DNA from: Macrostomum lignano
Lineage: Eukaryota
Length of the DNA stretch: 61,064 bases
Direction: 5' to 3'
Assembly: GCA_002269645.1 (NCBI GenBank)
Contig: NIVC01002772.1
Coordinates: 1 to 61,064 of the forward strand
Shown here: positions 1 to 35,484 of the stretch, piece by piece
Layout: every line of letters begins with the position of its first letter
Numbering within the stretch: position 1 is the stretch's first letter
Notes under the pieces: model-generated
Databases searched by the model: none
Told to the model about the DNA's origin: nothing
Seen by the model: the letters and a program-made list of their open reading frames with translations, nothing else
Translations under genes and position numbers: made by a program

Positions 1-227
1 TTTTGTAAATTTTAAGTTTACTAAGCCGGCTATTGCGTGGGTTAAATGTGTCAATCGATCTCGGACTTTTGTGTTTTAATTCTATTTATCAGTCAGCTCA
101 AAGACAACTAGTGCAAGTTGAGTCAGTCAACTTTTCCAATTTGCTTACAGTCTCGCGTCTAATTGCTTGTGTTAAAATTAAAATTTCGCTGTTTTTAGGC
201 CTAGTGTTTAAAAGTTTGCTTTTTGAA

Positions 228-14464
<14,237 letters not shown>

Positions 14465-14534
14465 GCCCGGCCGGTGCGCTTCATGCAACTCCTTGACTCG
14501 GAACTTTGAAGCTGTGCGCTGACTTACTGCTCAC

Positions 14535-15125
14535 CATCTGTCCCACCCATCCCAGTCCCACCCATCCCAGTCTCACCCATCTCAGTCTCACCCATCTCAG
14601 TCTCACCCATCTCAGTCCCACCCATCCCAGTCTCACCCATCTCAGTCTCACCCACCTCAGTCTCACCCATCTCAGTCTCACCCACCTCAGTCTCACCCAC
14701 CTCAGTCTCACCCATCTCAGTCTCACCCACCTCAGTCTCACCCATTTTACCCTCACCATCTCAGTCTCACCCATCTCAGTCTCACCCATGTCACTCTCAC
14801 CCATCTCACTCTCACCCATCTCAGTCTCCCCCATGTCACTCTCACCCATCTCAGTCTCCCCCATGTCACTCTCACTCATCTCAGTCTCACCCATCTCAGT
14901 CTCACCCATCCCAGTCTCACTCATCTGAATCTCACTCATCTCAGTCTCACCCATCTCAGTCTCACTCATCTCAGTCTAACCCATCTCAATCTCACCCATC
15001 TCAGTCTCACCCATCTCAGTCTAACCCATCTCAGTCTCACTCATCTCACCTTCACCAATATCAGTCTAACCCATCCCAGTCCCACCCATCTCAGTCTCAC
15101 TCATCTCAGTCTCACCCATCTCAGT
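14535..15125. repeat. 15-bp minisatellite CCCATCTCAGTCTCA downstream of the MCM3 copy 1 stop (paralog ~33075-33612)
   Basis: Tandem units visible directly. Confidence 0.95.
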
Positions 15126-15379
15126 GTGTCAGAGGCGCTGTGTAACTCACCCCTTGAAGATGTCACACCAGCCTTCAGCAAGCTTTGGATGTCTTCCAAA
15201 GCATCGCAACGAAATTCTAGGCTTTAGGCAGTCCGTTCGCGTGTTACATTTATTGTACCTGGCACCATAATTTGCTGCATTAATGATGCATTTGGGTTTG
15301 TCAATTTATTCTAATTGTTAACTAAGAATGCGCAAAGTTGGTATTGCTAATTTTTAATACTGCAATTTGAGTGTCCGTA

Positions 15380-16686
15380 CGAGGGATACTCCAAAAGTTT
15401 TGCAATTCAACCACTTGCGCAAGTCGCACAATCTTCAAAACCAACTCTCTGTACAATAAACATGTACATAGTCCCCACCTCAATTTTCAAGTGAATTCAT
15501 ACATATACGCCTGCTCAGCCCCCAGTCAAAGTCAGAGACTCCTTAACTGTACAGCTGCAGCCATGGAATTGAATCGTGAGCAGAATCGGCTACTAATTTG
15601 GTACTGCCACAAGCGAAAGCTCACGGCGCTTGAGACTCATGCCGAGCTACTAGCAACATTGGAGGCTCAAGCGCCGTCATATGCTACGGTTACACGCTGG
15701 TACCGCGAGTTCCAGGCCGGCAGGACCAGCTTTTCTGACGACCCCCGGCCGGGAGACCTCCGACAGCAGTGACGGAGGAAAACATCGCTGCAGTGCAGGA
15801 GCTGATTCATCAGGATCCGCGAATCACCACGGACATGCTAGCTATGAATGTCGGCATTGGATCGGCAGCGGTCGATACGATTCTACACGATCACCTAAGA
15901 GTCAGGAAGCTTTGTGCCCGATGGATACCCCACATCCTGACAGATGCTCAAAAACAGGCCCGCATGGAATTCTGTCAGTTTCTCATCGATCGATATGAGC
16001 ACGGGAGCCATCAGCGCCGCTCTGAGGTCATCACTGGTGATGAGACGTTTCTCTATCATTTTGACGTCGAGACAAAGCGCAGCAGTGCAGAGTGGGTGCC
16101 GGAAGGTGGTCAACGACCCCTGAAAGCAAGGCGGTCCCGGTCCCAGGGCAAGCGGATGTTTGCCATCTTCTTCGACTCACAAGGCGTGGTGGCGATGGTG
16201 AAGCTGGAGGGTCAAGCTACAGTCACTGCTCGATGGTACACTGAAGAGTGCTTGCCAGTCGTGATCGACAGCGTGACCCAGAGGGCGCCAAGGACGGGAA
16301 TGCGAGGGCGGAAGCTTCACCATGACAACGCCCCCGCCCACACGGCTGCTGCAACTCGAGCGTTCCTGGACCAAGAGGGCATTTCAACGCTACCACACCC
16401 GGCCTACTCACCAGACCTCGCCCCCTGCGACTTCTGGCTCTTTCCAGAAATCAAAAAGTCGCTTAGGGGGCGCAGGTTTCAGTCCGACGAGGAGCTGGAG
16501 CAGGCGGCGAAGGAGGCGATTGACGGCATCCCAATTGAAGACTTCCAGGGCTTGATGAACAAGTGGCTCGGACGAGCGCACAAGTGTTTGCAGTTCCGGG
16601 GAGCCTACTTTGAAGGATTGTAATAGAAAAGTTTGGCAAAATTAACTTTAAATAGTCGAATTGCAAAACTTTTAGAGTATCCCTCG
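15380..16686 (+). mobile_element. Mariner (DD34D) transposon, 1307 bp, irritans-like, recent insertion
   Basis: 29-bp TIRs CGAGGGATACTC(C/T)AAAAGTTTTGCAATTC (15380-15408 and 16658-16686, one mismatch). TA duplications at 15378-79 and 16687-88. The paralogous site in copy 2 has a single TA (33867-68). Subfamily is inferred from the TACGAGGG end and the N-terminus. Confidence 0.97.
15563..16623 (+). CDS. Mariner transposase, ~353 aa, one -1 frameshift at 15751-15753
   Basis: HTH N-terminus MELNREQNRLLIWY, WIPHILT, GDETFLY, HDNAPAH and YSPDLAPCDFWLF, with 34 residues between the second and third Asp. Adding one G restores the canonical PGRP linker. Confidence 0.95.
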
Positions 16687-16944
16687 TATTTTATAACTAT
16701 TTACAGCTCGCACTGGCATTTCAATTTTACTGCTGTCCCGTGCTGTCACCTTTTTTGCTCCTCTGCGTTGGTTTTTTAATAATTAACTTTATTTTTTCGC
16801 TTTCGGCACTGCATTTTTATCCACTAACAAAATACATAACCAGCTCGATGACTCCGTGCCAACTCTGTCCCGGCTACATTAACTGAACAGCACCTGAACT
16901 TGCGATTGGTCACCGCTCTGCTTTCATCTCCTTTGGCAGAGTTG

Positions 16945-17260
16945 GCCTAGTTTAGATTAGCCATCCATTCTGTTCCTTCATCAGTGATGCTGGCTAGATC
17001 AGCAATCCATTCTATCCTTCATCTGTGATGCTGGCTAGATTAGCAATCCATTCTATCCTTCATCAGTGATGCTGGCTAGATTAGCAATCCATATTCTATC
17101 ACTTCATCAGTGATGTTGGCTAGATTAGCAATCCATTCTATCCTTCATCAGTGATGCTGGCTAGATTAGCAATCCATATTCTATCACTTCATCAGTGATG
17201 TTGGCTAGATTAGCAATCCATTCTATCCTTCATCAGTGATGCTGGCTAGATTAGCAATCC
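16945..17260. repeat. 41-42-bp minisatellite GCTGGCTAGATTAGCAATCCATTCTAT(T)CCTTCATCAGTGAT, truncated at the duplication junction
   Basis: Tandem units; the longer paralog lies at ~34125-34790. Confidence 0.93.
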
Positions 17261-17774
17261 TAAATAATACAGTCTCGATAGAGTTTCATATTTTGCTATT
17301 TAAACTTTGTAACCATGGTTACGAATAGAGTTTCGCTGCGGTTCTGCTACTCACAAGCAATTTTCCCTAATTCCCAGCATCGAAATGTTTGCCCCATCAA
17401 GCAGCTGGCAAGCCGTTGGCTACTTCAATATTTGGATTTTCCTGGCTGGGAAAATATTCTACAATTGCAAACAGATCAGAGTATTATGTCAGATTGTTCA
17501 ATGCAAATCATTGAGCAGATTCCAGCCAATCAGCTGTCAGTCAGCAGATAACGGAAATTCCCTGTCTGTCGGGGGTTTTATGGTCTCTATTTCATGCTTT
17601 CGTATTGTCTGTCTAAGGTTGAAATCATTTCATCACGTGATTTAGCCGCGACAGACCTCGCGACCGCGGCTGCACCCGTGAGTGCATCTCAGCTCTTGAC
17701 ATTAAGGAACCATGAAACCTTAGTCATGATTATGCAATCATGAAAATTTGAAACCATTTAACTATGGAAGGAAT

Positions 17775-18205
17775 CGTGTAACCATGGAATCATGTAGCCA
17801 TGGAATCATGTAACCATGGAATCATGTAACCATGGAATAATGTAGCCATGGAATCATGTAACCATGGAATAATGTAGCCATGGAATCATGTAACCATGAA
17901 ATCATGTAGCCATGGAATCATGTAACCATGGAATCATGTAACCATGGAATAATGTAGCCATGGAATCATGTAACCATGGAATAATGTAGCCATGGAATCA
18001 TGTAACCATGGAATCATGTAACCATGGAATCATGTAACCATGGAATCATGTAACCATGGAATCATGTAACCGTGGAATCATGTAACCATGGAATAATGTA
18101 GCCATGGAATCATGTAACCATGGAATCATGTAACCATGGAATCATGTAACCATGGAATCATGTAACCATGGAATCATGTAACCGTGGAATCATGTAACCA
18201 TGGAA
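17775..18205. repeat. 16-bp minisatellite GGAATCATGTAACCAT
   Basis: Tandem units visible directly. Confidence 0.94.
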
Positions 18206-18544
18206 GCAGACTAATCATTCCCAATGAGTTAAACTGTAATTTTGCCAACAGGATCGAAGTACTCGTTCATAATTTTCTTTTTCGGAATTTGTTCTCGCGA
18301 GTTTCATGCCGCAGTGGTGTGGATTCTGCATCCGACAAGACGTGTTTGTTTTCACAGAAGGACAATTCGTTCGTTCTCTGCCGGGCTGCATAATGATGAG
18401 TCAATTTCGACTGCTGACTTTCGTCCTGCTCGTCAGCTGGGTCGCGACTGGTGCTGGTGAGCAGAGTTGAAAACAATGAACGGACTCAAGTTTGTTTCAT
18501 GGTAGAACTTTTTCTATTGAGCACGATGCTCTGGAAGTAATTTG

Positions 18545-20085
18545 AACAGGATCTCACAGGGTGTCACAGGATCGCACAGGATGTCACAGGATCGCACAGG
18601 GTGTCACAGGATCGCACAGGATGTCACAGGATCGCACAGGATGTCACAGGATCGCACAGGATGTCACAGGATCTCACAGGGTGTCACAGGATCGCACAGG
18701 ATGTCACAGGATCGCACAGGATGTCACAGGATCTCACAGGGTGTCACAGGATCGCACAGGATGTCACAGGATCTCACAGGGTGTCACAGGATCGCACAGG
18801 ATGTCACAGGATCGCACAGGATGTCACAGGATCGCACAGGGTGTCACAGGATCGCACAGGATGTCACGGGATCTCACAGGGTGTCACAGGATCGCACAGG
18901 ATGTCACAGGATCGCACAGGATGTCACAGGATCGCACAGGATGTCACAGGATCTCACAGGGTGTCACAGGATCGCACAGGATGTCACAGGATCGCACAGG
19001 ATGTCACAGGATCTCACAGGGTGTCACAGGATCGCACAGGATGTCACAGGATCTCACAGGGTGTCACAGGATCGCACAGGATGTCACAGGATCGCACAGG
19101 ATGTCACAGGATCGCACAGGGTGTCACAGGATCGCACAGGATGTCACAGGATGTCACAGGATCACACAGGATCGCACAGGATGTCACAGGATGTCACAGG
19201 ATCACACAGGATGTCACAGGATCGCACAGGGTGTCACAGGATCGCACAGGATGTCACGGGATCGCACAGGATGTCACAGGATCGCACAGGGTGTCACAGG
19301 ATCGCACAGGATGTCACAGGATCGCACAGGATGTCACAGGATCGCACAGGATGTCACAGGATCGCACAGGATGTCACAGGATCGCACAGGATGTCACAGG
19401 ATCGCACAGGATGTCACAGGATGTCACAGGATCACACAGGATCGCACAGGATGTCACAGGATGTCACAGGATCACACAGGATCGCACAGGATGTCACAGG
19501 ATCGCACAGGATGTCACAGGATCGCACAGGATGTCACAGGATCGCACAGGATGTCACAGGATCGCACAGGATGTCACAGGATGTCACAGGATGTCACAGG
19601 ATCACACAGGATCGCACAGGATGTCACAGGATGTCACAGGATCACACAGGATCGCACAGGATGTCACAGGATCGCACAGGATGTCACAGGATCGCACAGG
19701 ATGTCACAGGATCGCACAGGATGTCACAGGATCGCACAGGATGTCACAGGATGTCACAGGATGTCACAGGATCCACAGGATGTCACAGGATGTCACAGGA
19801 TCACACAGGATCGCACAGGATGTCACAGGATCGCACAGGATGTCACAGGATCGCACAGGATGTCACAGGATCTCACAGGGTGTCACAGGATCGCACAGGA
19901 TGTCACGGGATCTCACAGGGTGTCACAGGATCGCACAGGATGTCACAGGATCGCACAGGATGTCACAGGATCGCACAGGATGTCACAGGATCTCACAGGG
20001 TGTCACAGGATCGCACAGGATGTCACAGGATCGCACAGGATGTCACAGGATCTCACAGGGTGTCACAGGATCACACAGGATGTTA
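18545..20085. repeat. 10/20-bp minisatellite CACAGGATCG-CACAGGATGT, in the first coding intron of the secreted-protein gene
   Basis: Tandem units; the unit has no stop in any + frame, which explains the 500-aa spurious ORFs. Confidence 0.96.
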
Positions 20086-20869
20086 CGGCCAAAAGCTGTT
20101 GATTAGAATTGGTTTGGTATTAAATTACATTAACAATCTAGTAGGTAAATATTGAATATGAAACATGGAGTGCTTTAATAACCCTTAAATTTCATGTTAC
20201 CCAAGTCAACATATTACATATCATCAGTCACATTTTTAAATGTGGAGGAAGCGAAACGAGGGGGTATGCGAAATTTAAGACATGAAGTTTGTAGAATTTA
20301 AAACAGACCGCTTTGAAAGGTCCATAAACTGAACCGTCGAGTCCCCCCCCACAGGTCAGTCGGGCGAACCTTCTGCAGTGAAGTTCTGGTCTTCGCCTGC
20401 GGGCCGCACGCCTCGTTCTACTGGGCCCAGACTGGAGCTGATTCAATAGCGATCTCGACAGCTGCCCTGCCTCTCAGGCTGACCGTCATGCCCCCGCTCG
20501 ATGGCACTCCAGGCGCTGTCTCCCTGGTCCAAACCGGCTCCGCCACCCGCGTCAACGAGCTCGGGGAGGCGACGCTGGCAGCCGGGAGCGGCGATTTCAA
20601 TCGCAACGCCAGCTCCCTGATGCTGGTGGCTGACGAATTCTGTCACCACATCCGGTTGAGCGTCGCTCAGGCTTCCCCAATGCTGACTCTGCGTCATCAG
20701 AACTTCAATCTTCGAGCCTCGATCTACGATAGATGCCTTGTTCTTGACTGACTCCGCTTTGACGTTGCACTGCGTTAAATGTGAGTTCTGTACCCCTGCT
20801 TGTTGATTGTAGTCTTGGCCGGGAGACTTGCTCGTGAAAAACCAATGCACTGGGTCAGAGGGACAACTT

Positions 20870-21310
20870 AGAAAATGGGAGACACTACCTGAGGAAATAG
20901 GAAACACTACCTGAGGAAATAGGAAACACTACCTGAGGAAATAGGAAACACTACCTGAGGAAATAGGAAACACTACCTGAGGAAATGGGACACACACCAC
21001 CTGAGAAAATGGGAGACAATACCTGAAGAAATGGGAAACACTATTTGAGGGGATCGGAAACACTAAGGAAATGGGAAACACTACCTGAGGAAATAGGAAA
21101 CACTACCTGAGGAAATAGGAAACACTACCTGAGGAAATGGGAAACACTACCTGTAGAAATGGGACACACCACCTGAGAAAATGGGAGACAATACCTGAAG
21201 AAATGGGAAACACTATTTGAGGGGATCGGAAACACTAAGGAAATGGGAAACACTACCTGAGGAAATGGGAAACACTACTTGAGGGAATGGGAGACACTAC
21301 ATGTACCTGA
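20870..21310. repeat. 22-bp minisatellite GGAAACACTACCTGAGGAAATA, between the two module exons
   Basis: Tandem and degenerate units. Confidence 0.9.
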
Positions 21311-22636
21311 GAGAATGGAAGTCGAAGACGCTTCCAGGTATACACCCCTGAGAGAATGACATGGTAGCTAGATGGACATCGCATTTTTTAATTGCGACAT
21401 CTCCTGGAATAGGAGAATAAGGATAATGTATCTAATCCCGACAGACGAGCGACAATGTTCTTGGCGGCACAGACTGGCTGTATCCGGTGGTAGCTACTTA
21501 TTTTGTCCAGCAGGAAGTTCCTGCCAGTTGGTTGGATCTGAATCTATAGCGCAACACTATTCACGGAGCAAGCCGGAATCAGCGCGGAACTCCAGCCGCG
21601 GTGTCATTCCAATCGGCAACCAACGCCAGCTTCTACCTGTATGTTACGCTTGGTGACAGCCTGAGACTTCTCAAGAACAATGCCAGCTCAGAATTCTCGG
21701 TGGCCGCAACGTTCGTTTGAGCTACGTAGATTCCAATGGCCCTAACTGTCGAAGCTACCGCCTGCTACTGACTGCACCAACGCCTGGCGTGCTGATATCC
21801 GACAGTGTTGGAAAACTCATGGCAGTTGCGTGGAACGTCAAAGACTATGTTCGCAACGTCAATTTTTCATTTAGTTGCGATTCAGGTAAGATTCTCTGTG
21901 TAGTAGCACTTAGCCTATATAGATGTAGAATTTTGATTATAATGTTGTTTATTTATTACGTGAGCCGAACGACTGAATGAAAGGCATGTAATGTTGGTAA
22001 ATCAAGTAAGTTAACCCGAATGTTAAATTTAAATATAACCACATTTGCGGTTAAATTTACATGCATTCAGCTTGTCAGTCAAACTACATTTCTAAAAATT
22101 AAAGCTGGATAAGGACATACGGATGCCTTCGGTTAAATTATTGTAAACATAATATTTTAGAGACAAAACAGCCCATCTGCGCAATAATCGGGACTGTTGC
22201 TAGATTTAACATTAGATCAAGACTCCTTTAAACGTTTAAAATGTTTGATATAACAAACGCTTATACCACCGATTGAAAATAATAAACTTTAGAGCAGGAT
22301 CTGACAAAATGGCAGCATACTAGATATGTTTTGCTACTTTCTGCGTCAAATAAAATGCTTTCTTTGTTTTGCTCTGTTGAATTTGAATCACTTCTAGCAC
22401 GCCATTTTTTGTAAAGTTTTAAGTTTACTAAGCGGCTATTGCGTGGGTTAAATGTGTCATCGAATCTCTGACTTTTGGTGTTTTAATTCTATTTATCAGT
22501 CTAGCTCAATAAGACAACTAGTGCAAGTTGAGTCAGTCAACTTTTCCAATTTGCTTACAGTCTCGGTCTAATTGCTTGTGTTAAAATTAAAATTTCGCTG
22601 TTTATTAGGCCTAGTGTTTAAAAGTTTGCTTTTGAA

Positions 22637-33009
<10,373 letters not shown>

Positions 33010-34124
33010 GCCCGGCCGGTGCGCTCCATGCAACTCCTTGACTCGGAACTTTGAAGCTGTGCGCTGACTTACTGCTCACCATCTGTCCCACCCATCCCAG
33101 TCTCACCCATCCCAGTCTCACCCATCTCAGTCTCACCCATCCCAGTCTCACCCATCCCAGTCTCACCCATCCCAGTCTCACCCATCTCAGTCTCACCCAT
33201 CCCAGTCTCACCCATCTCAGTCTCACCCATCTCAGTCTCACCCATCTCAATCTCACCCATCTCAATCTCACCCATCTCAATCTCACCCATCTCAGTCTCA
33301 CCCATCCCAGTCCCACTCATCTCAGTCTCACCCATCTCAATCTCACCCATCTCAGTCTCACCCATCTCTCAGTCTCACTCATCCCACCTTCACCAATCTC
33401 AGTCTCACCCATCCCACCTTGACCAATCTCAGTCTCACCCATCTCAGTCTCACCCATCTCTCAGTCTCACTCATCCCACCTTCACCAATCTCAGTCTCAC
33501 CCATCCCACCTTGACCAATCTCAGTCTCACCCATCTCAGTCTCACCCATCTCAGTCTAACCCATCTCAATCTCACTCATCTCACCTTCACCAATCTCAGT
33601 CTAACCCATCTCAGTGTGTCAGAGGCGCTGTGTAACTCGCCCCTAGAAGATGTCACACCAGCCTTCAGCAAGCTTTGGATGTCTTCCAAAGCATTGCAAC
33701 GAAATTCTAGGCTTTAGGCAGTCCGTTCGCGTGTTACATTTATTGTACCTGGCACCATAATTTGCTGCATTAATGATGCATTTGGGTTTGTCAATTTATT
33801 CTAATTGTCGCTAAGAATGCGCAAAGTTGGTATTGCTAATTTTTAATACTGCAATTTGAGTGTCCGTATTTTATAACTATTTACAGCTCGCACTGGCATT
33901 TCAATTTTATTGCTGTCCCGTGCTGTCACCTTTTTTGCTCCTCTGCGTTGGTTTTTTAATAATTAACTTTATTTTTCCGCTTTCGGCACTGCATTTTTAT
34001 CCACTAACAAAATACATAACCAGCTCGATGACTCCGTGCCAACTCTGTCCCGGCTATATTAACTGCACAGCACCTAAACTTGCGATTGGTCACCGCTCTG
34101 CTTTCATTTTCTTTGGCAGAGTTG

Positions 34125-34790
34125 GCCTAATTTAGATTAGCCATCCATTCTATTCTTTCATCAGTGATGTTGGCTAGATTAGCAATCCATTCTATTCCTT
34201 CATCAGTGATGCTGGCTAGATTAGCAATCCATTCTATTCCTTCATCTGTGATGCTGGCTAGATTAGCCATCCATTCTATTCCTTCATCCGTGATGCTGGC
34301 TAGATTAGCCATCCATTCTATTCCTTCATCAGTGATGCTGGCTAGATTGGCAATCTATTCTGTTCCTTCATCAGTGATTCTGGCTAGATTAGCAATCCAT
34401 TCTATTCCTTCATCAGTGATGCTGGCTAGATTAGCCATCCATTCTATTCCTTCATCCGTGATGCTGGCTAGATTAGCCATCCATTCTATTCCTTCATCAG
34501 TGATGCTGGCTAGATTAGCAATCCATTCTATTCCTTCATCCGTGATGCTGGCTAGATTAGCAATCCATTCTATTCCTTCATCCGTGATGCTGGCTAGATT
34601 AGCAATCCATTCTATTCCTTCATCAGTGATGCTGGCTAGATTAGCAATCCATTCTATTCCTTCATCTGTGATGCTGGCTAGATTAGCAATCCATTCTATT
34701 CCTTCATCTGTGATGTTGGCTAGATTGGCAATCCATTCTACTACTTCATCAGTGATGTTGGCTACGAGTAGATTAGCGATCCATTTTACT
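34125..34790. repeat. 42-bp minisatellite between MCM3 copy 2 and the ptc 3' end
   Basis: Tandem units (translate as MLARLAIHSIPSSV repeats). Confidence 0.95.
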
Positions 34791-35484
34791 CCTTGATTCA
34801 AGACGGAGACTCAGCGAGTTGGTGCTCAATGAACACAGGTGACAGCGAGGTAATCGGAGCAGTCAGTGTGCTGCACTGTATTTGTTGCATAATAAATAGC
34901 ACTGGGCAAATATAAATAGACAAACACTGGCACATCTTGCATTGGTAAACCAATTTGGATAATGCAGCTACATTAAATAACAAAAACAGAATATGCATAG
35001 CAGTAATAGTATTTGCAGGCGGTGCAGGTGTGTCGCAGGTGCAGCATTGGCAGTAAAGCAGGGAGAGTATGATCATATGACAGCCACCTCTCTATCGGCT
35101 ACTGTTCATCGTAGAATGAAATGCAGTTCAGTTTCGGAGGTTTGCAAAACGGGTTATGGTGAGGCATTGTTAATATAAGAAACTGCAACAAAGAAACAAA
35201 AATACAGAATGTACTTCTGCTGCAATACAGATGTGTACTGATTAGTGAGTTGTAACCGGTTGGGGAGAAGCTGCTTTCAACTTTTACAGCGAGCGAAGAC
35301 TTTATATAAACAAATCGAGCACCAGTGATTTCATAAAAATCCTTCCACATGCGCACTTTGCTACTGCTCAGTGGCCGAGTTAGTAGCGTGAAAGGCAACT
35401 TCCAACGAATGATGCGTTTAAGCTTTCGTTAGATTGCAGTAGAAATGCCGAATTGAAAGTCACGTGATTTGGTCGCGCCCGCTC

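Larger units (their letters stand above)
18393..22414 (+). pseudogene. Unrecognised secreted protein gene, possibly decayed: signal-peptide exon 18393-18456, module exons 20355-20780 and 21445-21885, putative terminal exon 22398-22414
   Basis: MMSQFRLLTFVLLVSWVATGA is followed by a phase-1 GTGAGC donor. Two symmetric phase 1-1 exons (426 and 441 nt) align with each other at protein level (GTP.AVS, SAT-8-TL-9-NASS-3-VA). Each needs a compensating pair of 1-bp indels to read through. The terminal exon is the least certain part. Confidence 0.55.

Noticed and set aside
15751-15772. Programmed ribosomal frameshift in the transposase
   Set aside because: No slippery heptamer is present, mariners do not normally use one, and a G-run deletion explains it.
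17309-17322. Perfect 14-bp palindrome GTAACCATGGTTAC
   Set aside because: It resembles the nearby 16-bp repeat unit, but a single palindrome supports no functional claim.
18542-20155. 500-aa ORFs in all three + frames
   Set aside because: They are translations of a stop-free 10-bp repeat inside an intron, with no coding signature.
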